Assembly: GCA_050230475.1 (NCBI GenBank)
Contig: JBFLGF010000125.1
Span: forward strand, 1-64,000
Reading direction: 5' to 3'
From: Ancylonema sp.
Lineage: Eukaryota
DNA: 64,000 nucleotides
Each line of letters opens with the position of its first letter. Position 1 is the first letter of the stretch. The notes beneath the pieces are model-generated. The model was not told the DNA's origin and did no database searches. It worked only from the letters and a program-made list of their open reading frames with translations. Below, one piece after another: positions 1-12,776 of this stretch. Both the position numbers and the translations under genes were made by a program.

Positions 1-86
1 TAGAGGAAACTGAGCTAGTAGCGCTCTAGCGCTAAGTGTGGGGACCTCGCTAAGGAGCCCTAGTGACTGTAGCGAGGGTCCTAACA
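1..86 (-). mobile_element. LTR terminus (window-truncated), same family as 40154-40454
   Basis: Reverse complement of 1-86 (TGTTAGGACCCTCGCTACAGTCACTAGGGCTCC...) is near-identical to 40154 onward; it abuts a Copia RT fragment. Confidence 0.75.
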
Positions 87-830
87 ATTTTAGTGCAGAT
101 AGGTGTGAGGTGGGAGGAGTGCTTGCGAATGTGCCGTACAAGTCTGCTATGGGCAGCTTGATGTACCTTACATCTAGGACACGACGTGGTCTGGCTACTT
201 CCATCAACACGTTGTGTCGGTTTAGTCAGAATCCGGGGCGTGAGCATTGGGAGGGGATAAAGAGGGTGCTACGATGTTTGAAGGGGACTCTGGGATGCGT
301 CTGATGTACAAGAAAAGGGGGTGACTTGCTAGTCTAGGGGTATAGTGATGCTAGTCATGCTGGGGACAGGGACACTCGCAAGGGAGGGGGTGGTTATGTG
401 CCTATGAGTGGGGGGGCAACTGTCAGCTGGCGTAGTAGTCTCCTCGAGACGGTCACCCACAGCAGCTGTAAAAATGACTATGTGGCTTTGAGCAATGCAG
501 GCAATGAGGCGATGTACCTCAGTCAAATGCAGCAAGAAATGGGGATCTCTTCAGCAGGTGGAGTATCACTATTGGGGGACAATGAGTAGTTGATGAAGTT
601 CCAAGGACTGAAAATCTAGTCCTTCATCGGCGATCCAAGCATATTGAGACTAAGTACCACTTTATCATTGACCGCGTGGCCAAAAAGAAAACCTCCTTGT
701 AGTTTGTGAAGAATGAGCAGCACGTTGCTGACATGTTGACCAAGCCAATCAACGAGAAAATCATAAGGGACAATTGTGTTTTGATTGGGTTGGTGTTTGA
801 CAACAAAAACATGGTGTTTTGAAATATCGA
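87..830 (+). mobile_element. Degenerate Ty1/Copia RT-RNaseH 3' fragment
   Basis: Motifs PYKSAMGSLMYL, HWEGIKRVLRCLKGT, GYSDASHAGD, VSWRS, RSKHIETKYHF and HVADMLTKP across several frames, with stops and frameshifts; purine tract at ~836-870. Confidence 0.9.
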
Positions 831-1402
831 TATTTTTGGAGGGGGAAGTGTAGTTCCCAGGGAAGGGGTGTTTAGTTTGGGTGTTGGGAACTTGATTTTG
901 TCGTTATATCGATTTTTATGTTGCGACGATTTATCGACTTGTTATCGATATATTTTCTTTGTTTCGGCAACTGTCGATTTGCTATATCGAATTAGTCTTG
1001 ATTAGTTCTGATATGACATATATTGTTGTTTGGCACTTTTAGCCACGTGTCGACGGATGTCGATATTTGTCGATAAGATTGAGGTTTAGTCTTATCAACT
1101 TATGCGGCGCCGGCAACGGCTTATGCCCTCTGGCTAAAGAGCAGACATAGTGCTCAAAAAGATTACTCAAAGATTTAGGATCTCAAGTGCCTCTCGACAT
1201 ACTTATTCCAATCGCACGTGCGGCACGTGTGTGCCGTACGGTTCCGGCCGGGTATTGACCCGGGTACGGTTGACGCCGCCTGCATGCGGTCTGCAATAGT
1301 GCGGTAGGCGGCTGGGGGCTGGGTTATTTATTTGTTAGCGATAGAGCGGTAGCGGGCGGGGGTCCGCTGAATTATTAGTTGTTCGATAGAACGATTGGTA
1401 TT

Positions 1403-1460
1403 CGATGCCGTCGCGATTTGTTACGATGCCGTCGCGATTTGTAGCGATGCCGTCGCGATC
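1403..1460. repeat. 21-bp tandem repeat x~3 (CGATGCCGTCGCGATTTGTTA)
   Basis: Directly visible. Confidence 0.8.
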
Positions 1461-1979
1461 GCTATAGCGGGGAATTATTTGTGTTCGGTACAGCGGGCGT
1501 CACGCCACAGGACGTTCCAGCGAAACGTGTTTGTGCACGGCTCCCAGGTTGTGGGGTCAGATAGTGACATGCTGGCAGTGATGTGATTGGCCGATTGTGA
1601 TCGCTAACGATTGCGGCTTTAAGTAGGATATGCTCGGACTAGATGCATCCGATCGGACGCATGCGTACGGCTTGGATCACATTCTAGCGTACAGAAAATA
1701 CAAGCGAGTCGGAAGTGCCTTGTTGGACTTTCGGACTATGTATTTTGAGGCATGAGCACTCTGGCTGCATTACGCCAGAGTGCATACCGATTAAGCGTTG
1801 GCAAAAGCGGTGACGTGGCACTTTGTGATTGCGTTAAGTATGGGCCATGGCTATTTCAAAGGCTGATATCGTTGAGCGAATGCTATGTATCGTATCGGTT
1901 CTCATTTGTTGCGTGCGATAGGGCATTCGACGCGTTCAGAGATAGAGCTCGATATCTTGCCTAGTACGTCAGTGAGCAT

Positions 1980-2234
1980 TAATTTGAAGCGCGTTGTGAT
2001 CGCGCGAGTTGCGGCACCGTAGGCCGTCTACGAGCGGTGATGGGAAGCGGTGCTCGGTAACTGCATCCCGTCTAGGCGCGGTTATGTGAGTACGGGTGGG
2101 GCCTAGTGAGATGGCCTATCTATGCGATAGCTTGTACGGTCGAGTGCACCTTGTTATAGTCACGATATTTACGGTGTGCTTATACGGTGTAGTATTTGCA
2201 CGTGTAGCCGTACACGATTGATATAGGTACGACA
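1980..2234 (+). repeat. Dispersed repeat, probable LTR 3' end (related copy ~17870-18123)
   Basis: Both copies share GTTATG(T/C)GAGTACGGG...CACGTGTA(G/A)CCGTACACG and end in GTACGACA; left boundary not resolved. Confidence 0.55.
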
Positions 2235-3625
2235 CTTTTGTGTTGAATTATTCTTGTGTCTTGCTGAGTTAATTGATTCATGAGTGTGTTATTGCTACAC
2301 CGATTTGCAATGATGGCAGAATCAAGTAGTCACGCATACGGTTCTCCCAAGACAACACACCCTTTCTTCTATCCGCACCTGCCAAAATAAAGAGAGATTC
2401 TATCAGACCACACCTCTCTTTTCATATTCTTTTATTTTCCCCTTCGTTACTCAAACCGTTTCCCCCCCTTTTATCTCCTATCTTTGTAATCAGCAGCCTT
2501 GTCACGTTATAGACGGCAAACTATTCTTCCACCTCCCATATTCAAGAGTCTTTTGTGTTCCGTACCGTAGAGATGTGAGTGCAAGCTCCCGTTGGTCTCC
2601 AGTTCATACACCTGACACCTTCACAATCACGCACGTCCACTCAATATTTCCGGCTTCTCCCTTAGCGTTTGACTTTTTCTATATTCATTAATTCCTCACG
2701 GTGACGAAAAAAATAATTTTAAGCTTGCACTATTTGGAAAGTGGTTATTATTATACATCAGTCACATGCCGTGTCGCTTCGCATATCTCCCTTGTTCGCG
2801 CGCACCTTGTCTTTCCCAAGTTCGCAAGTCTTGCTCTTGTCGCGACCACTATCACCGCCTCTACAATGAGTCTCATGCCAAAGAGCTACCATCTTTAGCT
2901 TTTATATGCATGCAGTTCTTCGGTCCACGAGTGTACTTCGCTGCTCGGTGGTCGCGTATAGCCTACCTTCCTGTATCCACTTTAAGTCACGCTTGCGCCC
3001 ATTGTTGTCCGAACCGCACTGCCAAAGGTACCGAGGTCCGCCCTGGCGCGGCAAGTGCGGCTCCTAGGGTTTTAAAATCTTACGGGCATTTTTGGGGCAA
3101 AATATGGACATGGCACGAAATCCCAGCCTACGATATACAACTGTTTGACATTTTTATGCCATGCAAAGATCCGGTTTTTCACGCAATTAAGTTTTCCGGA
3201 GTTGTTTCTCCACATAAAACCTCTCAAAACGCCAAAATAAATACAAATAGTACCCTACAATCGCCGGTTCGAGGTTTCGGCCGCGAAGGATGGACCCTGG
3301 TCCGAGATGCAAACCTTAGATTCCGGCTCCGAAGGTTCGTGCAACTATGCTTGCGCCCGATAGTATGTTGATACTCATTGCATATAGGATCGTGGTGTTT
3401 TAGAGATCGAGATGACCCCAAATTATTTTCACTATTGAGTCACCTTGTACGATCGGTAGCATGATAATTTGGCGAAGTCAAGTAACTTTCCGACCAACTC
3501 TGTACATAACCGAGCACAGAGATGACAACAAAGCTCACCAATATATATTTAAATCAGAAAGGTATTGATACCATAAAGTATTATCGATACGCCGATGTCG
3601 ATTCGGAACCCTCTTATGAGATCTC

Positions 3626-4312
<687 letters not shown>

Positions 4313-4601
4313 TCCGCAAAGGGATATCCATGTTATCCTTCTATCATCAAATTGTTCGAGTACTAATTATCGATAAAAGTCAAAGGGGAAATTTACTATC
4401 GGATTTATTACTACATTTTTTTGCAAACAACAATGGAACGTTATGTAGGAAGAATCCAGATCGACGTTGCATTGTTCGGACCTAAAAGTAAGAAATGAAC
4501 GTAACTATTTGTTTTGTAAACTTTGATGTGGAATCCTTGAATCTTCGAATTGGATGATATGACGTGAAGTAGAGGCCAATTTTGAATCCTCGCGGATAAA
4601 A

Positions 4602-4640
4602 TTTGTTTGTTTGTTTGTTTGTTTGTTTGTTTGTTTGTTT
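4602..4640. repeat. (TTTG)n microsatellite
   Basis: Directly visible. Confidence 0.9.
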
Positions 4641-6706
4641 TTTTTCCACCACATTGTGTGACTAAAATTGATAGGAGTGATCAAGCCGCAGTCGGCGCTT
4701 GCTCTCGATTTTCTGGTTCTACGGGGAAATTGAGAAATCGGTGAGTCGTTTTTCAGGTGGTGTCTAAGGCGTCGGTGAATTTTCAATCTATATCATCTAG
4801 ATTACGTTTTTTTTAATCCACATGGCGTAAAGTAATACGGTATACAAAAAGGTTCCAAGTTGTTATTAAGCACAGCCCTTTCAAGAGCTCTGCCTGTTTT
4901 GACCACTTCGGCCAATCCTTCGGGTATTAAACTACAAGGACGCGATTCGTGCGCACTCGTGCTTCCAACCGCTCACCAACCGCCCATATCGCGCATTCCC
5001 GTATATGGCGCGCGCCCGTATCGCCACACCGTCTTTCTATACCGTTTTCGCAGAGACTCGGACAGCGCCAGCTGTCAGCTCTGCCACCGCATGCTTATCG
5101 AGCTATCGAAAATCGTTAGCCATCAATGGCAAGGATACGAAATTCGAAGGAAAAAGAGTTTTATCGAGTTCCTCGAAAGGCCCCTGGCCGCAGGTCTGCA
5201 TATAGTAAACAGCTGGCAGCAATTTTCCATATTCTCTGCGATCAACGCCGAACAATGTCAGTCGTCACAACAAGTTCCGTGCGTCGTTTGCGGATAGAGT
5301 TTTTAAACATTAGGCCAATCTTCTGCCAGCGAGACCACATGACGCAACAACATATGAGTCAGAACTGCTCTCTGAGTGCATCCGTACCTTCAAGAGAACA
5401 TTCTTTCGTACCTTCGAATCTTATTGCTCTGAGATGTCCTCCAAAAAAAGACGGCTGCTCGTCCCGCCTGTCGATGCTGTATGTGTGGTATCTACTGCCG
5501 TGGCGTGAGGGCCCCCATCGATTTTTGTATGAAAGGACTTCGACTTCTGGGCCATGCACGTGAAGGCTGGTTTTCATAAAAAATTAAACCAGGCCAGCTA
5601 GAGCGGCGGTGATTGGCCTCCCATCTTCACGGTGAGAACATCCGAAATCCCAATTATTTGAAGGCTGTTCAGAGCGCATAACAGGTCTGCCGGAATTCTT
5701 TGCTAAATCGTCTGAGCCACTGACACCCTGAAGGCCATTTCGTAGTCTCGACTTTTCATCAATCTGCTGACTGGGTATACGTTACCCTCTTTTTTCATGT
5801 TCAGTCATGGCAGACGACGACGATCTGGGGAGGTACAAGACACCTGGTGCGGTGGAGGGAGATGGATCCACAGAGTTGTTTCCGTCCGACTCATACGTGG
5901 GCGAAGTTTATTGGGCGGATTTACCCTTCGCAGAGAGATCCTGGTGGATGGTATCGCAGCAGGTCACAGAAAGTTAGCGAGGACTTTGTTGCTGAGAGGG
6001 AAAGTACTCGCGAGAGCACTTTGTCGATTTATCACTTACACTCGTGCATCATATATAATTGTAGAGAAATGGCCGAGCCTCGATCTAAACATGAGATAAC
6101 TCATAAAGCACGAAAAGTACTAGCAATCGACATGTTTCTTATTTCACAAGATATTTTCGCCAAGCTCCAGTTTCAATCGACGGATTCAACTGGGGATATA
6201 TTCAAAACATGTCAAGAAAAAACCTTACAATTAGCCCCCCCCCCCCCCCCCCGCGCAGGTGGCTGAGGAGCGACGGGAGTGGTCAGAAATATGGCGGAAT
6301 TTTTTAATAGATCCGTTGTGGCCTGTTTACACATACACCGAAAATTTCATCGGTGGGTTTTTGACTCTCTATGAAGTGTGCTTTTTTTTTCTTCAAACGA
6401 ACTTGCATAGGAGCATTCAGTATTCAGAATAATTTTCTTTTCTAAAATGTCTGTCGATCATTTTGTTTTTTTGTCCTTTCCCCCTTGGTGCAGTACCCGG
6501 TATGGGCCTCTTCACAGAGGGATACGTTCTTTTCTCGATCGGCAATCTTCAGACCTTGTTCAGAGTGACCTACCCGAGCTGCTGGTCAACGTTCAAGAGC
6601 TGCAGCAAGACGTTGACTCATACCACCGACTCCCTTCAAATCGTTGGCATCATCGTGGGCCAATTCACCGTGGGGGTTCTGGGCGACTGGCTGGGACGGA
6701 GGTACC

Positions 6707-6760
6707 GAATTCCGACACGATTTCCGACACGAATCCCGACACTAATTCCGACACGAATTT
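6707..6760. repeat. Intronic 12-bp tandem repeat (GAATTCCGACAC-like x4-5)
   Basis: Directly visible in intron 3 of the transporter. Confidence 0.8.
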
Positions 6761-8255
6761 ATATTCTGTGAAGACCGACTTCTCTCGGAAGGAAATAATC
6801 ATGACTCTGGGTGAAGTTGTCGGCGCTGACCAGCACTGTTGTCTTTTTCAGGTACGGCTTGATTCAGGACGCGTGCATCATGCTACTCGGCGTCCTCATG
6901 CTCACGGTCTCGAACGGAGTGAACCCTCAAGGATGGTTGGCGATGTATGCCATATCGCAATTCGTGTACGGCCTCGGCGTTGGGGGAGAGTATCCCATGA
7001 CAGGAAAAAAAAATTACACCGTGTCCTCGTTGAGAGACCACTCACTTTCACAGTATCATGGACTGTGTTTGGATGCAATGTACGAAATGTAAATCTTGAT
7101 ACAAAGGTGTTGGATTAAGATTTTGAAGCTTTTGATGAAACTCACCACGCCCTCGTAGTCACCCCCACCTCATTTTTATTTCATGAATTGATGAAATCGA
7201 TACAAATACCCCGAGTTTATTTATTCAAATACATTGATTGCATACGAATAGCCCACCACTTCAAACCTGTCGATTCGACCGTGTTCGCAATTGGTGACGT
7301 AGTTGTTGCTACGGTTGTCGATACCCGGTGCCACGGGCGACGACCTGCGAGGTGGCGGTTCCGGGTAGTCGCGCCGACAAACTCCACCGCGGGCGGACCG
7401 TAGTGCTCGCCTTCCTCATGCAAGGGTGGGGCCAGCTGGTGAACATCGCCGTGCTCATCCTCTCCCTCCTCGTATTCAACGGCCGCGGCGGGCCGCCCTA
7501 CGACCAGATCGCGTCGGGGGCGGTGTGGCGCTTCTCCTTCGCCTTCATCGCCGTTTTCTTGCTGTGGCTCCTCTACTACCGCGTGTACAAACTGGGCAAC
7601 GTGGACCACATCCTCCAGAGCGTGCAGCGCCTGAACCGCGTACGTGGCATGGACTGGGAGAGCTACCACCTCATGGCGCTGTTCTACTGGCACCGCGTGC
7701 TCGCCACCTCCGTCGGCTGGTTCTGCAACGACTTCATGTTCTACGGGAATAAGGTGTTCCAGGGGCAGTTCATTCGGGTCATCACGCCCTCGGGGGCGAC
7801 GGTGTTGGAGAACTGGCTGTGGACCATGGTGAATGTGGGGGTGGCGTTGGCGGGGTACTACATGGCGGCGCTCACTATCGATTATAAGTGCTTCGGAAGG
7901 ATGCGCATGCAGGTTGGAACCCGTCGACGTGCGCATGGTTGTTGATTACGATATAAACTTGTAGAATACGTTACTTTTTTGGGGGTTCCACTTTTTTGAA
8001 TTTGATTATATTCTATTGGAGGCATCAAAATATGCGTCGTTCCGTTTTATTTTGTACTCAAATGTTTATATTTATATATTTGAGCCATTATACTTATTTC
8101 ATTTCCTTTTTTTCGCACCCCTACTCTTCCGCAGACACTCGGTTTCTTGATGGATTTTGTCCTCTTTCTCATCCCGGCTGTCCTCTACAAGTCCCTCCTC
8201 CTACCCAAAAACATTGGAGTGTTTCAGGTATGACACTGGCGTACTCGTACCACCC

Positions 8256-8292
8256 ATACATACATACATACATACATACATACATACATACA
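8256..8292. repeat. (ATAC)n microsatellite, intronic
   Basis: Directly visible. Confidence 0.9.
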
Positions 8293-9213
8293 TGCATAAA
8301 ATGATGTTCTCCAATTCCGCATGGTTCATAGTAAAAGCCTGAAAACCACAGTCACGGCCATGTAAACTGATTTGGTGAAAAAGTGGATAAAATATTTCCG
8401 GTGCAAAGATCTAAAAAGTTGAATTAGTGGAAAATGAGCATCATTGCAAAAAAAAAAAAAAAAAAAGGAATGGTGCTCTTGCTTTGATTGTCGTCCGAAG
8501 TTCCACTTCACCTCGATGCATCTTTTGAGAAGGTCGGATTTTATATTATGTTCTTCTAATACTTTTTTGTGTTTTTTTTTTACGCTCGTATATATTATCC
8601 AAAATTTATTATGGTTTTGAGCGATACATATGGTGATAAAAATAAACAACTTTGGTTGTTTACTTTTTTTTTTTTTTTTTTTGGGGGGGGGGGGGGCCCT
8701 TTGGGTTTAAGTTTATCTATTTTTTCTTCTCCTTTTGGAACCAATTCGGCCTTAATTGTACGACTTTCCTCCTCGCTGCCGAGGTGTTTCCGGCCTCCAT
8801 TCGATCGACAGGCAGGTTTGGCCTTTTGGGGGCCATTTTCACCGTCATCTTTGTGCCGGACACCACAAGCAAGAAGAGGGGGGAGGAAAGGGAGGGATTC
8901 ATTGCTCCAGCCACTTCAGATTGGTGTGGGGAAATACAACATCTATGACTCGTGGCAAACGATTGACAACTTGTGATGTGATGTGCTGTGATGTGATGAT
9001 TTTAGGTTGGGATTAGCGCGAGCAAGAGCGACGATGGCGATACATTCGAGAAGGTCGCAATGATGAGTATCACGGAATCGCAATCCACCCCCGCCACCTA
9101 TCCTTCTTTGAGCGCATGCTCGGTTACCACAAGCGCTACAACCCGGAGCTCGATGACCGTCAAGACCGTGTCGATGTTCTCCGCGCGGTAAACCCCTCAC
9201 AAACTCTCTCTAC

Positions 9214-9365
9214 TGTCACAAGGTTCATAGGGTTAATAACTCACTTTGTCGTCACAAGGTTCATAGGGTTTAAAACTCACTTTGCTGTCACAAGGTTCAT
9301 AGGGTTAATAACTTATTGTGTTGTCACAAGGTTCATAGGGTTGATAATAGGGTTTATAACTCACG
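9214..9365. repeat. Intronic 36-bp minisatellite x4 (TGTCACAAGGTTCATAGGGTTAATAACTCACTTTGT-like)
   Basis: Four copies of GTCACAAGGTTCATAGGGTT at 36-bp spacing. Confidence 0.9.
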
Positions 9366-10091
9366 TATTATTGTCGTGTTCACTCTTGTTTTGGTTTCAG
9401 TTGAGTGGCGCCACTACCCACACAGCCCACGGCGTGCATCAACAGGTTGTGGATGAGGAGGAAGGAAGGGCGTAGAGCAGTCAACGGGTTGGAGCTGGTG
9501 GACGGTGCATGTCGAAATCCGTTGTAGAAGGATATGAATATAGATACGGCTTTGGATTACATAAAGTTCTGCGTATCTGCATGCCTTACGGAGGTTTAGG
9601 GTGGTCCAAGCGCTTCTGGTTGGCACAATATGGTTGTATGCTTGTATTTCCGATAATGGTATATCATACAAATGGTATGCCGGGGATTGTATTGTATCGA
9701 CAAAATAATGATTTTGTTCAATGTCATGAACATGCACTATACAAATGCACATATGATAAATACACAAAAACACATTGTGTCATCCGACAAGAAAACAGCT
9801 ATAAGTGTGCACCTTAATGATTTCGAAACATTACATCTTGGCAAAAAGAAATACAATCATTCGGAGCTCAATCTGGTTCACATCATGCTGCAGTGCAGCC
9901 ACATATATATTATGTTGCTTGAACACGTTGGAAATCGGCGAAAGTTGAATAATACAATAGCATCATCTCACTCCTCTCTCAATGACATGGGCGAGAATAA
10001 ACTACGAACTATGCTTCTCTCTGTCCTGTCCACTTTTACACTCGACAAAAATGTTTTCCGTATGTACACTCCTGCTGGTGCTGCTTCCAAA

Positions 10092-12192
10092 TCACTTCCC
10101 CCCCAGAAAATAGTCAACCAACAACGGCTGCACTTGCTTTCGGGAGGCCGCCACTTGCCCTTGGGAAAACGTTTTCACTTTTTCAGAAACACCTGTGACC
10201 AATTACACCAATGGCACCAACCACGTCACGCCAAAATCCCCAAAATCACCATCAAACAACATATTCATATTGATTATTGATACCCTTACCTTTCACTGTC
10301 ATGGGGCGTAACTGGAGGCCTGCCTCGTTGGACTGGAGGTGGTACGCTAAGCCGGTGCTGAGAGAGTCCAAATCGGAGAAGAGTGCCAGCTCGCGCGTGA
10401 ATTTGTTGTTGGGCGGCAGTGGGGAGGTGTAGAGGGTCATGAGGACGAGGAGGTGGAGGTGGTGGTGGGAGGAGAAGGAGCGCAAGGCCTGCATAACCCC
10501 CGACATATATTTATTTTTTTGCTTAACTACAAGGCTGTTAAAAAAAATGAAAAAAAATGATGGTACCATCAGATAAAGAGACAGGGGAGGACTCGCCTGC
10601 AGGAAGTTGGGGTCTTTCCCCACCACCTGCGAGAGGGGGAGGCCCATGGAGGCCACCCCCACGTGAATCACCTCCCCCTTCTCCCCGCTGCTCCCGGGCC
10701 CCATCGCCCACTGCTTGTAGTCCCGTCGCAGGAGCTCCTCCGTCGAAAAGTGGGACTGATCCGCCTTCTTCTCCTGCAGCGTCCTGGCAAAGGCAGTGGC
10801 CCCCTGCTCCCCCGCCCCAACCGCCAGCAGCGCCCCCATGGTCTGGTCCAGGGGGAGGGTGCGGCCGAGCTGGGGGTCGAAATCGGCGGTGTCCACCAGG
10901 ATGGCTGCTAGCAGGAGGCGGCAGAGGACGCGGTTGGCGAGCAACTCGCCGGACTCCTGCGAGATGCGGTCTGCCACCAGGGTGCTGCAGCTGCCCACGG
11001 GTTGGATGCAGGAGGCGGTTACCCGAGGGTACAGACCCTCGGCCTTGTGGTGGTCGATGATCTCCACGATGCAGCTGCCAAGGGCTGCGAGGGGGGGGGG
11101 GAGGCGGTTGTGGTCCACCAGAATGAGGCGGAGACGGTTATTGGAGTTGAGAGCCGCCAGGTCGATCTGCCACCAACCCCCCTGGTCCGATCAATCACAG
11201 TTGCGAGAGAAGAAAGCGTGGAGGCTCGTCGGGGATGCGGCTCATCGTTCTCACATCGTCCGCAAACGTGAGGGCGTTGATATCCACCCCACACTGGGTG
11301 AGGAGCCACAGGCAGTCTGTGCGCAGCTTGAGGTCCGCACGAGGGATGTTGATGACAGGGAGGTAGGCACTGCTCTCCACCTGCCGCTCTTGGGCCAAGT
11401 GGAAGTGGAGATACGCAAAGGCGACGGCGGACACGATCGAATCCAAATCTGCAACCGACGAGAGGCAAGCTGTATGTCAAGCTGTATGTCGGTTGCCTCG
11501 TATGGTGGGCGCACATTTAGGCTGAATGATTCAGCAACTGTACTGTCGTAACGCACTTCGAACCAAGAGACATACTCTCACAGACAGGTAATCTGCGTAT
11601 CATGGCGTCTTGCTTCAGCACAATGGGAACGGTCATGGAATGATGAGAGAGGCGAGACGAGCACCCTGGCCCTTTCAACTACATTTGTTCCTACAAGTAT
11701 CTTCCCCCGTTTGGGGCATGCGTACTCGACACTATACCTGCTGCTTCATTGCCGAGAACACCCGTAACGATGCCCTCCCCACGAGCCCTTTCTTGCTGCA
11801 GGTTCAAGAAGGCGTTTAGCTCGTCAGCACCCGGAAGAGGAGCGACCTCGGCTGCTGTGCTCCCATAGTACGCTGCTGCCGAGCCACGTTTTCTGGAGGG
11901 AGGCGCCCGTGTTGGATCGCCCTGAAAACACAACCGTCAAGCACTGAATCCACAGTTTGATTCTGTCTCGGCCTGCGTATCTGCACCAGCGTACCTGTTG
12001 ATAGAATGCTTGGGCATTTTCTGCGCGTTTCCTCTCCACGATGGGAGAATCTCCAATTGAAACAGCTTGGTCGGAGGAGACATCTGTCGGAGAAGACAAC
12101 CAAGAAAACATCTTCTGGTGGAAGGCCGGGCCTACTCGCCAAAATTGCAAGCTAGCGCCAAAGAAGGATGGGGAACGTCCAGTCAGTAGCAT
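10092..12192 (-). CDS. PPX1: DHH/DHHA2 exopolyphosphatase (PPX1/PRUNE-like)
   Basis: Exons ~12192-11995, 11921-11738, 11448-11255, 11166-10597, 10488-10290, 10192-10092. Motifs GNEAADLDSIVSA, ILVDHN, IIDHH, VGSCSTLV, AILVDT, LRRDYK and ASRKQVQPLL. Start codon uncertain (12192, 12111 or further upstream). Confidence 0.88.
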
Positions 12193-12776
12193 CAAGGCAC
12201 ACCAGTACTATGCATCTCCCGGGATGTGGATCTGGATGGTAGCTCAACTCGCTCGCGTAGCTGAAATCACACACCAGTGGCGGGAAAACATGGCGAAGCA
12301 GAGGTGGCAGCTGGACTGGAAAGACTAAGCTATGGGCTCCCGGTTCCGCAGCCTGTAGCCCAGAGCCCGGAGACCGCAGCCCGAATCCCAGAAGAGCCCA
12401 CGTGAGCTCAGATTGTTTTTGGCTCCGGGATCCGAGCTCTGGACTCCGATCTGGGCTATTTGGGCTTGGAGGCTGCCGATGGGCTGCGTGCTCTTTGGGG
12501 GACCTGAATTGTTCTCCGCCCTTGGGGGTGCCTCAGCTTGAAGCCATCCGCCCATGCACTTTGAAACCGCTTTTCTCGTGAACTTCCACCTCCACTTTCA
12601 ATTTTAATCTACAAACTTGTTACTAGTTCTCTAAAGCCGTGCCCCCACAGCATATCCAGGTCTACTTGTGGTCGAGCCATGTAAAAGAAGTATTTTTTAG
12701 CGCTAATTTTCAGTTGCACTAATATCGTCCCCCGATCACATGCCCAGTTCGCAACTCTACCTCGGACTCATCGAGA

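Larger units (their letters stand above)
5807..9475 (+). pseudogene. MFS H+/phosphate symporter, PTA/PHO84-like; damaged as assembled
   Basis: Exons ~5807-5962, 6259-6352, 6494-6701, 6852-7003, 7335-7912, 8135-8227, 8712-8868, 9006-9187, 9401-9475. Motifs YWADLP, PGMGLFTEGYVLFSIGN, GDWLGRR, GVGGEYPMT, AFLMQGWG, WFCNDFMFYGN, QFGxNCTTFLLAAEVFP and HPRHLS. Lesions: intron 7004-7334 has GA...AC ends, a segment appears missing at ~8810, and there is an in-frame TAG at 9014-9016. Confidence 0.8.

Noticed and set aside
6989..7010. U12-type donor GTATCC near the GA...AC intron
   Set aside because: Lies within the conserved coding EYPM motif and lacks the RTATCCTT consensus.
7217..7936. 239-aa antisense ORF
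   Set aside because: Shadow of a GC3-rich transporter exon.
9214..9365. CRISPR-like spacing of a 20-bp motif every 36 bp
   Set aside because: The intervening 16-mers are similar to each other, the repeat lies in a eukaryotic intron and there are no cas genes; it is a minisatellite.
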